Source: a virus. From it: a stretch of 64,000 bases of DNA. The first letter of the stretch is position 1, and each line of letters starts with the position of its first letter. This document shows positions 15,676-23,738 of this stretch, in pieces. Made by a program: the position numbers and the translations under genes. The notes beneath the pieces were generated by a model. That model did no database searches, was not told the origin of the DNA, and saw only the letters and a list, made by a program, of their open reading frames with translations. The DNA lies in the IMG/VR virus record IMGVR_UViG_3300032315_001657, positions 1-64,000 of that record; one strand, given 5' to 3'.

Positions 15676-16746
15676 ATGAACGCAACATTAACTAAAGCCT
15701 ACAACAAACAGGCAAACATCGTCCGGGAGAGCTATTCGCATTTTCGGAAACAACCGGTCCGTCTTTCGAATATTCGTCGGGATGGAAAACTATTCACAGT
15801 CAATGATGTGGAAGTCACATCCAGGGCTCTTAATGATCTGGCAAATATCTTCTCGATTAAAGCGAGTTTGGTGGACCAGATTGAAAATGACAAAGAACAA
15901 TGGCAGCCACTTCAGCATGCCTTGACTAACATCAAAAAAGATCGCACAGTTACAGCAATTGTGAATGAAGGTTCAACTTCTCGTCCTTTCATTACAAAAT
16001 TTGTTGATGCCTCAATTGAAGAAGCAACACCTCTAAACTTCGATAAGGGTATCGAACAAATCGGGGGGTATCTTGAAACAGCAGAAGGAGATCTTGAAAT
16101 TCGTAATTTTCACTTCAATTCTGATAGTTTGAGTCTTGAGCTCAACATACAAGATAAGTCTAACAACATTGACGTCTTTAAAGATGGTAATGATATCTGG
16201 AATCCGGGGTTCGGTATTAACTATGGAGAAAATCGCACCTCGATTGCTCCGTATTACCTCCGTCTAGTGTGTACTAACGGTATGACCGCGGCGCATGAAA
16301 TTCTTCAACGCTATTTTAACAATAAGCCTATGAAGCAAGAAACATTTAATAAGTTGATTAACAATGTTGTTGAAAGAGACATGCACGTCCTTTGTCAAGC
16401 AAATGGTAGCCGCTTAAAGAATGTTAATTGCTCCCTTCGGGAGTTCTTCGCAGCTCGTAGTATTTTGAGTGGTAAAAAAGAGCCACAAAAAGAGTACTTT
16501 GATGACACCGAGATTCAAGAGGCTTATAAGCCTTATAGTATTCGGTATAAGAACAAACGTTGGTTAGCATCTGCTAATAGCAATGTTAACGGTTACGATC
16601 TGTTCAACCGACTCACTCATGCTGCTAGTCACAAGGCGACCTTGCCTATGGCTACTAGAACAGCTTTGAATGCCTTAGCTTCAGAATTGTTCTTCAAAGG
16701 ACCAGACCTATCTTTTCAAGCTCCTAATCCGTTTAGTAGGAATTAA
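15676..16746 (+). CDS. DUF932-like hypothetical protein
   Basis: RLVCTNG motif; own TTGCAG-N17-TATAAT promoter. Confidence 0.55.
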   Translation: MNATLTKAYNKQANIVRESYSHFRKQPVRLSNIRRDGKLFTVNDVEVTSRALNDLANIFSIKASLVDQIENDKEQWQPLQHALTNIKKDRTVTAIVNEGSTSRPFITKFVDASIEEATPLNFDKGIEQIGGYLETAEGDLEIRNFHFNSDSLSLELNIQDKSNNIDVFKDGNDIWNPGFGINYGENRTSIAPYYLRLVCTNGMTAAHEILQRYFNNKPMKQETFNKLINNVVERDMHVLCQANGSRLKNVNCSLREFFAARSILSGKKEPQKEYFDDTEIQEAYKPYSIRYKNKRWLASANSNVNGYDLFNRLTHAASHKATLPMATRTALNALASELFFKGPDLSFQAPNPFSRN

Positions 16747-16764
16747 AAAATAGTAATATTAAAC

Positions 16765-16797
16765 AAGCACCCCTCGGCGCGCCGAGGGGTTTGCTTT
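16765..16797 (+). terminator. rho-independent terminator
   Basis: CCCCTCGG-CGCG-CCGAGGGG then TTTGCTTT. Confidence 0.75.
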
Positions 16798-16836
16798 AAC
16801 TATTGATGTAAATATAATTTCCTTTATTATAAGCTT

Positions 16837-17226
16837 ATGAAAGTAGAGTATTTTAAAGATTGTGGAGGTTCTCCTGAGCATGAACGTAATGACTGTACTG
16901 TAAGAGCTTTAGCTATATCAACTGGAGGCTCGTATCATGAGGCTTATATGGTTCTTAATAGTTTTGGTCGAAGAGCTAATAAAGGGACTAACATCCGCAA
17001 ATTTTTTAAAAATAATTGTATAGTCTTAAACAAAGTGTTTACGAAGTTGAAATTTCGTAAACAAATTACACTTAATAAATTTGTACAAAAATACCCTACC
17101 GGTACATTTTACGTAAGAATAACTCGGCACGTTTTTGTAGTTAAAGATGGAGTAGCCATAGATATGACTAGACCTAAAACCTTTTGTCGTATTACCGATG
17201 CCTGGGAAGTTACCGAAATTGTTTAA
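16837..17226 (+). CDS. hypothetical protein (NDCxVRA motif)
   Basis: NDCTVRALAI...HVFVVKDG..D. Confidence 0.65.
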   Translation: MKVEYFKDCGGSPEHERNDCTVRALAISTGGSYHEAYMVLNSFGRRANKGTNIRKFFKNNCIVLNKVFTKLKFRKQITLNKFVQKYPTGTFYVRITRHVFVVKDGVAIDMTRPKTFCRITDAWEVTEIV

Positions 17227-17234
17227 ATATTAAT

Positions 17235-17513
17235 ATGCAATTTGATAGATTAGTTGAAGAACTACTAACAGAGATGCCTTATATAGAAATTGGAGATCAA
17301 ATTATTGATTTAGAAGTTGAGCTATATAAGGAAAGACCAGAAGAATTTATTGACAAATTAAAAAGTATCTTACAGGGTAATAGGGTAACAGGTAAATACA
17401 ACTCCTCCATACAATTAACAACGCCGGAAGAAAAACAAGAGTTTCTCAAAAAAATAAAATTAAATTACATGTTAAAAGGATTTATACCTGGAGATCTTAT
17501 CGATAGTTTATAA
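17235..17513 (+). CDS. hypothetical late protein
   Basis: start moved to MQFDRLVEELLTE behind TAAATA 17224-29. Confidence 0.6.
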   Translation: MQFDRLVEELLTEMPYIEIGDQIIDLEVELYKERPEEFIDKLKSILQGNRVTGKYNSSIQLTTPEEKQEFLKKIKLNYMLKGFIPGDLIDSL

Positions 17514-17524
17514 AATAGTGCATT

Positions 17525-18016
17525 ATGGGCCCAACCTCGATTGCACCTGATGAAATTTTAGATATTAAAAAACAATATTACTCTTGGAATCGTTTTCATG
17601 AACTTATTAATAGGGTTAAGAAACAAATTGATATTCCACCTAATTTAATTGTATCTATTGGTAAAGGGGGATCCATTCCCGGTGTTGTTTTAGCTGAAAT
17701 GTTTGAGTGTAATAATATAAATTTAGGTTTAAAATCCTATAAGGGACACTCTCGGGGTAACATTCATGAGTATCAATCTATTGGCTGTTTTAATGGGTTT
17801 AGAGATGCTAATATTCTTATTGTTGATGATCTTGCCGATTCAGGTGAAACTTTTCTTTATGCGGTTAAAAAGTTTAAAGGTAATGGTTGTGAGAATATAA
17901 GAACAGCCTCAGTATTTTATAAGCCTTGTTCAAGGTTTAAGCCTGACTATTTTGCAGAAGAAGTGGATAGCAAGATCTGGATCGTGCTGCCTTGGGAGAC
18001 TATGGAAGTTCAGTAA
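17525..18016 (+). CDS. type I phosphoribosyltransferase (purine PRT-like)
   Basis: PRPP loop ILIVDDLADSGET; C-terminal WIVLPWE. Confidence 0.85.
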   Translation: MGPTSIAPDEILDIKKQYYSWNRFHELINRVKKQIDIPPNLIVSIGKGGSIPGVVLAEMFECNNINLGLKSYKGHSRGNIHEYQSIGCFNGFRDANILIVDDLADSGETFLYAVKKFKGNGCENIRTASVFYKPCSRFKPDYFAEEVDSKIWIVLPWETMEVQ

Positions 18017-18416
18017 TAAACTTCTTATATAAATCCCAATACGATTTAAAAACAGAAGTTAATTTCTCCGGCTTAACCTTTTTATAGTTAATCCATTTAT
18101 AGTCTATATGCTCCCAGGATAGAGTGGGCATAAAACTATCATTAACCACCATAAAAAATGAGTAAACAGGCTGTTTTTCTCCTTCTTTAGTAATCTTTAA
18201 TTTACCCACTAAATTACCCTCAGGCATTAGTCCAATCTCTTCTATACACTCTCTCTGAGCAGTTTCTAGAGGTGAATATTCATCTTCCTCCCTGTGACCT
18301 CCGGGAAATGTATATTTACCGTTTTCTTTTTGTAGTAGAAGTACCTCTTTTTGTGGGGTAACAAAAACTATACCTGCACCGATGTATTTTATTTTAATAA
18401 ATTCTGCAAAGCTCAT
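18000..18416 (-). CDS. Nudix hydrolase
   Basis: PGGHREEDE..LETAQRECIEEIG Nudix box. Confidence 0.85.
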   Translation of the reverse strand: MSFAEFIKIKYIGAGIVFVTPQKEVLLLQKENGKYTFPGGHREEDEYSPLETAQRECIEEIGLMPEGNLVGKLKITKEGEKQPVYSFFMVVNDSFMPTLSWEHIDYKWINYKKVKPEKLTSVFKSYWDLYKKFITELP

Positions 18417-18453
18417 GGTTGATGTTTAATATAAATAATTTATAATACAACTC

Positions 18454-18678
18454 ATGGAAAATATAGCAGTTTATTTACAAAAAGGGGAATTTTCAGGTAG
18501 AGAACATATTGATCGAGTACTCAAAAGGCTTAAAGGCAAAATGGAGTCAGAGGGTATTTTAGATACCGTCCGCTCCAAAAAGGCCTTTGAGAATGAAACT
18601 CAAAAAAGACAACGTAAAGCTAAGAAGCTAGCAAAACAACGTAAGCTTCAAAAGCTTAAGCGGCAGCACCAGTCTTAG
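18454..18678 (+). CDS. rpsU: ribosomal protein bS21 homolog
   Basis: E.IDRVLKRLK.K...EGIL...R....FE.....R.RK pattern; basic, 74 aa. Confidence 0.75.
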   Translation: MENIAVYLQKGEFSGREHIDRVLKRLKGKMESEGILDTVRSKKAFENETQKRQRKAKKLAKQRKLQKLKRQHQS

Positions 18679-18859
18679 CAGCTTTGCGGGAGTTCTTCTC
18701 TTCTTGAATGGCTTTACGTTCGTTTTTGACATATTTACCAATCTCTTGAAGGGCTTTACGAGCACGAGACCCTGCAGCATTGTTCCCTCCGTAAAACTTT
18801 TCAGCTTCTACGGAAAAAGTTTCAACGATTTGTTTTAGTGTGTCTGTAGTATTAGGCAT
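18656..18859 (-). CDS. histone H1-like (Hc1 family) protein
   Basis: EAEKF..GNNAAGSRARKAL.EI......RK.IQ..KN. Confidence 0.7.
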   Translation of the reverse strand: MPNTTDTLKQIVETFSVEAEKFYGGNNAAGSRARKALQEIGKYVKNERKAIQEEKNSRKAAKTGAAA

Positions 18860-18912
18860 AATATCAATAGTTATTTGCATTTGTATGCTTTTTCAACTAA
18901 TTAATTTTACCT

Positions 18913-19668
18913 ATGAATAAAAAAAGTTTAAATTTGGATATGTCAACTAGTGGCTATACGAATTTAGCAGGTATAGCTACTCTTTATAATGAATTTTTTT
19001 CTCGGCATGATTATAGATGGTGGTATGAGGTACACCCTGGAGATATTGTTGTGGATGTTGGTGGTTGTATTGGTATGTTTACCTGTTTAGCTTTAGATAG
19101 CGGTGCAAGTAAAGTTTTTACAGTAGAACCTAATCCATCCCTCGCAAAAACTATTCTCAAAAATGCATCAATACACATTTTTAATAAAAAAGACTCACCT
19201 GTAACTATTATTAATAAAGCTATTGGTACTGACAGTACTTATTTTAAACACATATATGGTAATAAATATATGAACTCAAATGATATTGGTGCTGAATTAA
19301 CTGAAGAAGAATTTAATGCTTTAGAGCTAATATCCTTTAAAGAATTTATAAAGCAATACGACATTAAGCATATAGATTATCTTAAGATAGATTGTGAAGG
19401 TGGAGAGTTTGATATTTTAACTGCTGAAAACCTTGATTTTATAAAAAATAATGTAAAGCATATAGCTGTAGAGTTTCATATAGGGGCTTTTGAAGATGGC
19501 CCAGAAAGATATAATAAATTTAAAGATACTTTTTTATCTCAATTTGATAAAAGTAAAATTAAGTTTTTAAACTCTGAAGATTATGAAAAAGCTTTTAATA
19601 TAGACTGGACAAAACGACAAGAGGGATGGAGAACAAGTGTCTTTATGATATACATATGTAATTTTTAA
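18913..19668 (+). CDS. FkbM-family methyltransferase
   Basis: VVDVGGCIG, VEPNP, YLKIDCEGGE. Confidence 0.85.
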   Translation: MNKKSLNLDMSTSGYTNLAGIATLYNEFFSRHDYRWWYEVHPGDIVVDVGGCIGMFTCLALDSGASKVFTVEPNPSLAKTILKNASIHIFNKKDSPVTIINKAIGTDSTYFKHIYGNKYMNSNDIGAELTEEEFNALELISFKEFIKQYDIKHIDYLKIDCEGGEFDILTAENLDFIKNNVKHIAVEFHIGAFEDGPERYNKFKDTFLSQFDKSKIKFLNSEDYEKAFNIDWTKRQEGWRTSVFMIYICNF

Positions 19669-19734
19669 AAAATTACTAAAGAAATTAAACTTTATATTTG
19701 CAATACCTTATTAATACAATAAATTTATAGTGTT

Positions 19735-19848
19735 ATGAAATACATCCTACTCGCAGTTTTGGTAGTCTCTGCTGTTATGACTACTGCTTGTGCCTCTAAA
19801 AAAGAATGCACACCATGTAATAAAACTGTCGTCACCACGACTAAATAA
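19735..19848 (+). CDS. small lipoprotein (not in ORF track)
   Basis: MKYILLAVLVVSAVMTTA-C signal with lipobox-like Cys. Confidence 0.55.
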   Translation: MKYILLAVLVVSAVMTTACASKKECTPCNKTVVTTTK

Positions 19849-19853
19849 TAATA

Positions 19854-19907
19854 ATGTTTTATTACATACAAAACGAAAATAATAGAAAACCTCCCTTTAC
19901 GGGCTGA
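19854..19907 (+). CDS. leader peptide of tRNA array 2 (MFYYIQNENNRKPPFTG)
   Basis: 17-aa ORF 6 nt after TAAATA; first 12 codons cover all 8 anticodons of array 2; TGA lies in the antiterminator arm. Confidence 0.75.
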   Translation: MFYYIQNENNRKPPFTG

Positions 19908-19962
19908 GTTCTTGATTCGTTTTGTTTTGAGACCCGGCCCTAAAAAGCCGGGTTTTCTTTTT
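19868..19962 (+). promoter_or_regulatory. transcription attenuator (protector/antiterminator/terminator)
   Basis: ACAAAACGAA 19868-77 : TTCGTTTTGT 19916-25; GGGCTGAGTT 19901-10 : GACCCGGCCC 19931-40; terminator GAGACCCGGC/GCCGGGTTTT + CTTTTT. Confidence 0.75.
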
Positions 19963-19996
19963 GATCTTTGATAGCTTTAATCTTAAATAATTTTTC

Positions 19997-20078
19997 GGGT
20001 AGATCGCATAGTGGCAATTGCCGGAGACTGTAAATCTCCTCTCATTAGAGTTCGTAGGTTCGAGTCCTACTCTACCCA
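19997..20078 (+). tRNA. tRNA-Tyr(GTA)
   Basis: GGAGA-CTGTAAA-TCTCC; variable arm. Confidence 0.92.
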
Positions 20079-20091
20079 TATTTTAATAATT

Positions 20092-20162
20092 TGGCTCGTA
20101 GTGTAATGGTAACACCAGAGAATTTGGATCTCTTAATCATAGTTCGAGTCTATGCGAGCCAG
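20092..20162 (+). tRNA. tRNA-Gln(TTG)
   Basis: AGAGA-ATTTGGA-TCTCT; U1:A72, G73. Confidence 0.88.
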
Positions 20163-20205
20163 TTTTTAGTTGCACAATTTAAAAGATTCCGACATAATAA
20201 CAACA

Positions 20206-20379
20206 ATGAAGCTTTTAAAGCAGCCCTGGGAAAAATATGGCATAACCGAAATGGCATATTTAATGGCTTACACACAGGGATACCAAGGGGCATTTAGATC
20301 TCCTGACACCACCTATAAGCATGGTACAGTACTTAGAAAAATTTATAATAAAGGAAGAAGAGAGGCTAAACAATATTAA
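20206..20379 (+). CDS. hypothetical protein inserted in tRNA array 2
   Basis: MKLLKQPWEKYG...; TTGCAC...CATAAT promoter-like element upstream. Confidence 0.5.
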   Translation: MKLLKQPWEKYGITEMAYLMAYTQGYQGAFRSPDTTYKHGTVLRKIYNKGRREAKQY

Positions 20380-20586
20380 TGAAATTAGACTTAGACATTT
20401 TATATGCTTTTGTACTCTGCATACTCATAGCTGTTTTTACAATTCAATCGCGAGAAATTAAAATTTTGCAAACTGAAATTAAAGAGCTTAGAATTATTGT
20501 TGATCAAAAATTCTTACCTCCAGTAAATACAGATAAAAATTTGTAATATGGAAGACTTTGACGGTTTAGGAATTTAATGAATTCTA

Positions 20587-20677
20587 GCTGGGTTAGTGTA
20601 ATTGGAAGCACCGACAGTCTTATAAACTGTGTGCCCTAGATGAGGGCCGAGCATGGGTTCAATTCCCATACCCAGCA
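20587..20677 (+). tRNA. tRNA with TAT anticodon (Ile) and long variable arm
   Basis: ACAGT-CTTATAA-ACTGT; GCCCT..AGGGC extra arm; A73. Confidence 0.8.
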
Positions 20678-20705
20678 TATTTTTTTTTTGATCTTTTACA
20701 TTTTA

Positions 20706-20778
20706 GGGGTGGTAGCTCAATGGTTAGAGCAGTCGGCTCATAATCGATAGGTTGACGGTTCGAATCCGTCCCGCCCCA
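20706..20778 (+). tRNA. tRNA-CAT (elongator Met or Ile2)
   Basis: loop CTCATAA; paired G1:C72, so not an initiator. Confidence 0.88.
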
Positions 20779-20785
20779 CATTTTC

Positions 20786-20857
20786 GGAACGGTAACTCAA
20801 TGGTAGAGTAGCGCCCTTTTAAGGCGTAAGTTCTGGGTTCGAGCCCCAGTCGTTCCA
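20786..20857 (+). tRNA. tRNA-Lys(TTT)
   Basis: GCGCC-CTTTTAA-GGCGT. Confidence 0.9.
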
Positions 20858-20876
20858 TATTAAATAGCTCTTTAAT

Positions 20877-20951
20877 ACCTAGGTAGCACAGCGGTAGTGC
20901 AGCGCACTGTTAATGCGCGGGTCGTTGGTTCGAATCCAACCCTAGGTGCCA
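20877..20951 (+). tRNA. tRNA-Asn(GTT)
   Basis: GCGCA-CTGTTAA-TGCGC; GCCA end. Confidence 0.92.
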
Positions 20952-20959
20952 TTTTAAAA

Positions 20960-21031
20960 GTCTCGTTCGTTCAAGGGATAGGACCGAAAACTTCTAATTT
21001 TCTAATGTAGGTTCGAGTCCTACACGAGACA
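20960..21031 (+). tRNA. tRNA-Arg(TCT)
   Basis: GAAAA-CTTCTAA-TTTTC. Confidence 0.88.
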
Positions 21032-21052
21032 TACATTTAAATATACAATAAC

Positions 21053-21124
21053 GTCGCCATCGTCTAACGGTTAGGACACATGGTTTTCATCCATGTAATC
21101 GGGGTTCGATTCTCCGTGGCGATG
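21053..21124 (+). tRNA. tRNA-Glu(TTC)
   Basis: CATGG-TTTTCAT-CCATG; G73. Confidence 0.9.
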
Positions 21125-21178
21125 CTTTATATTTTTAGTTGCCGGTCTATTAATCCCCTCTATACTTTTCATAACTCT

Positions 21179-22348
21179 ATGTCTAAAATTCAATTACCTA
21201 AAAACATAGGTCAAGGCAAACCAGCTAAAATTAAGGAAAATGTTCAGTATTTTGATACATCTCATCATGGTTCATTTTTTCCTTTTGGTGTATATTTCAC
21301 TACTACTCATGGAGTAATGCCTTCTACTATTCATATTAACAAAACGTATACAGAAGATTTAATTTTCTTTTTAAGAGAAAAAGGCGAAATCTTTCAAGAT
21401 CTTGTCTCTATTCCTGCAACTTCTCCTCGATCCATGACTCTTAGTATGTATCAAGATGACTTTGAAACAGAAGAGCCAGAATATAAAGGTACTTTCCTTT
21501 ATAAGGATTGTGTAATTAATTTTCAAAGAACACCTTCTCGTAAACATAAAAAGTCTGCTGAAACACCACCGCTTTTTACTATCTCAATTTATTATAAACC
21601 TGGTACTACACCTCCAGTAAAGGATTTTGATAAATTTTTATTTGAAGAAAAACTTAATAGTGTAATTCATACTATTTTTCGAGATGAGCACGGAGGAATT
21701 GTTTTTGAGCCTTTTGAAACTGTTGTACCTGAAGGTTATTCAGTAGAAAAATATTACACTAAAGACTTTCAACCGATTCATAAACATATTGTTGATACTC
21801 TTCAAAAAAATGAATCTGGGTTATACCTCTTTCATGGGGAGCCTGGAACTGGTAAAACAACTTATATTAAATACTTAGCAAGTGTTCTTAAAAGAGATGT
21901 AATTTATGTTCCGGTTGCTTTTATCGACTCTCTAGTTGATCCGTCGTTCTTACCAGCATTGCTTAAAAAGCGTCATTCGGTTCTTGTTATTGAGGATGCT
22001 GAAAAAGCCTTATTAGCTCGAGAGCCAGGCGATTCGTCCTCCCTTGTTTCAGCTATCCTCAATATAACTGATGGTATTATGGGTAATGTGTTTAGTATAT
22101 CGGTTATAGCTACTTACAATTCCCCTAGAGCAGGGATTGATAAAGCTTTGCTTCGTAAGGGAAGATTAAAGGGAGAGCATAAATTTGATAAACTTCCCGT
22201 AGAACAAGTTCAAAAAATTCTGGATGATAATAAGATTAATTTTACCGCTAAAGAGCCTATGTCCTTGGCAGAAATATTTAACACCCAAGAGCCCGACTCT
22301 TTGAATACTAAATCTTTAGTCGAAGAAAAAAGAATGGGCTTTTTTTAA
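21179..22348 (+). CDS. AAA+ ATPase (BCS1-like)
   Basis: GEPGTGKT Walker A, LVIEDAE Walker B, IDKALLRKGR; start moved out of tRNA-Glu. Confidence 0.85.
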   Translation: MSKIQLPKNIGQGKPAKIKENVQYFDTSHHGSFFPFGVYFTTTHGVMPSTIHINKTYTEDLIFFLREKGEIFQDLVSIPATSPRSMTLSMYQDDFETEEPEYKGTFLYKDCVINFQRTPSRKHKKSAETPPLFTISIYYKPGTTPPVKDFDKFLFEEKLNSVIHTIFRDEHGGIVFEPFETVVPEGYSVEKYYTKDFQPIHKHIVDTLQKNESGLYLFHGEPGTGKTTYIKYLASVLKRDVIYVPVAFIDSLVDPSFLPALLKKRHSVLVIEDAEKALLAREPGDSSSLVSAILNITDGIMGNVFSISVIATYNSPRAGIDKALLRKGRLKGEHKFDKLPVEQVQKILDDNKINFTAKEPMSLAEIFNTQEPDSLNTKSLVEEKRMGFF

Positions 22349-22394
22349 AAAGTTAGTGGAAAAGCTTAAAACCTCATATATTATTAAACGCGTT

Positions 22395-22634
22395 ATGAAA
22401 AACACAAACATCACGACAATGAACCTCGAACAGATCGCTGACTTCTACATTCCGGCCAATGCGCCTAAGAATGTTAAGTCCTGCATCGTCGAGAACTACC
22501 TCGATACAACACGTTACGAGTTTCTCGGTTTCGTTGATCGCTCGAACACCGCTGTTCTTCGCCAACGCTTTCATAGCGTTCGTGATAACAACGGCCGTTT
22601 CGCTAAGATCCGCGCTACCCGTAGTGCTCGCTAA
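22395..22634 (+). CDS. small basic hypothetical protein
   Basis: codon usage like ORF 6714; RDNNGRF motif; followed by a terminator. Confidence 0.6.
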   Translation: MKNTNITTMNLEQIADFYIPANAPKNVKSCIVENYLDTTRYEFLGFVDRSNTAVLRQRFHSVRDNNGRFAKIRATRSAR

Positions 22635-22651
22635 GTTGTTGTAGCGTTACA

Positions 22652-22697
22652 CGAACCCGGCTTTGAGCTTGACTTAAGGCCGGGTTCCTTTTATACT
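22652..22697 (+). terminator. terminator hairpin with an embedded promoter
   Basis: GAACCCGGCTTTGAG...CTTAAGGCCGGGTTC-CTTTT, overlapping TTGACT-N17-TATACT. Confidence 0.65.
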
Positions 22698-22703
22698 AAC
22701 AGT

Positions 22704-22994
22704 ATGAAAAAATTAGAAAAAACGTTTGTTAAAAAAGGATTTAAATATACCCAAGTTGAACGTAAGGGAGAGTTTGCTATCTACAAACAAGAAAGCGCTA
22801 AAATAAAAGACTCGAAGGCTAACTACGAAGTAGTGCAAATTAAGTCTCATAACGGCTATGAGATCGGTGGCTCAAAAATTGCCGCAGCTGAAGTCTACCC
22901 CGGCTCTACTCAATGGGGCATTCTTGGATGGACTCATCTTGATCTCCCATCTGCTGAAAAAAGATTTAAAAAGCTTATTCGAGGATCGAACTAA
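22704..22994 (+). CDS. hypothetical protein
   Basis: 96 aa; EVYPG..QWG..GWT motif. Confidence 0.65.
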   Translation: MKKLEKTFVKKGFKYTQVERKGEFAIYKQESAKIKDSKANYEVVQIKSHNGYEIGGSKIAAAEVYPGSTQWGILGWTHLDLPSAEKRFKKLIRGSN

Positions 22995-23154
22995 CTAGGT
23001 CTTCAAAAGATTCTTTTTTAAGAAACTTTTTAATTTCTTTTTTAGGCATTTCTTTAGCTACTTTTTTAGCAGCACCTTTAACACCCTTTTGACCCTCTTT
23101 GGCTCCCATTACGGCACCAAAAAATTTACGCTGTTTTTCTGACTTTGCTGGCAT
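22975..23154 (-). CDS. small basic hypothetical protein (not in ORF track)
   Basis: MPAKSEKQRKFFGAVM...AKKVAKEMPKKEIKKF. Confidence 0.6.
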   Translation of the reverse strand: MPAKSEKQRKFFGAVMGAKEGQKGVKGAAKKVAKEMPKKEIKKFLKKESFEDLVSSILE

Positions 23155-23183
23155 ATTATGATTAATTAAGCAATATATTACTA

Positions 23184-23738
23184 ATGGCCGCTAAAAAACA
23201 AACACGTCAAAAAAGAGTGGATCTAGTCTGTATACTGACTGGTGAAATAATACCTAAGCAGCCAAGAGCGCGGGTTGAGAAACAGGCCAAGAAACTTAAA
23301 TTTGATGATGTTGAAGATTACATCAATTATTTTATAAGCAGGGATGCTCGTAAATTATTATCGAAAGGTAATTCAGAATTAGAAATTCGTAAACAGTTTA
23401 ATTGTAAAGAAACAAAGTCAATACCTTTCCCTATACTGAAGTGTTACGTTAAGAAATTTAAATCGAAGGACGCTGTAGATAGAAAGCGACAAAAGAAGGT
23501 CGCAGAAGAGTACAAACAAAAGCCTATTGTAATGCAATGGAAAGGTTCTGAGCCTATTAGTATGCTCAAGAACAAAGAAATGTGCGAACAGGTAACTCAG
23601 TTTGCTTGTTGGAGGCCGGACATATATCTTGATTTAGGATGTGAGGCCTGTATACTTAAAGACAATTGCGCCTGTCCTATTAAAAATCTCAAGCGGAAAC
23701 CTAATGATAGAAGAGTTAAAAAAGCTAAAAGTATTTGA
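23184..23738 (+). CDS. hypothetical protein, Cys-rich C-terminus, paralog of ORF 6714
   Basis: LVCILTG...YISRDARKLL; CWRPD...CxxC....C.C. Confidence 0.65.
   Translation: MAAKKQTRQKRVDLVCILTGEIIPKQPRARVEKQAKKLKFDDVEDYINYFISRDARKLLSKGNSELEIRKQFNCKETKSIPFPILKCYVKKFKSKDAVDRKRQKKVAEEYKQKPIVMQWKGSEPISMLKNKEMCEQVTQFACWRPDIYLDLGCEACILKDNCACPIKNLKRKPNDRRVKKAKSI

Noticed and set aside
19897-20297. ORFs 19897-20079 (-) and 20091-20297 (+)
   Set aside because: Antisense or overlapping readings of tRNA-Tyr, tRNA-Gln and the attenuator.
21080-21178. N-terminal extension of the AAA ATPase
   Set aside because: The upstream ATG lies inside tRNA-Glu; ATG 21179 is more plausible.
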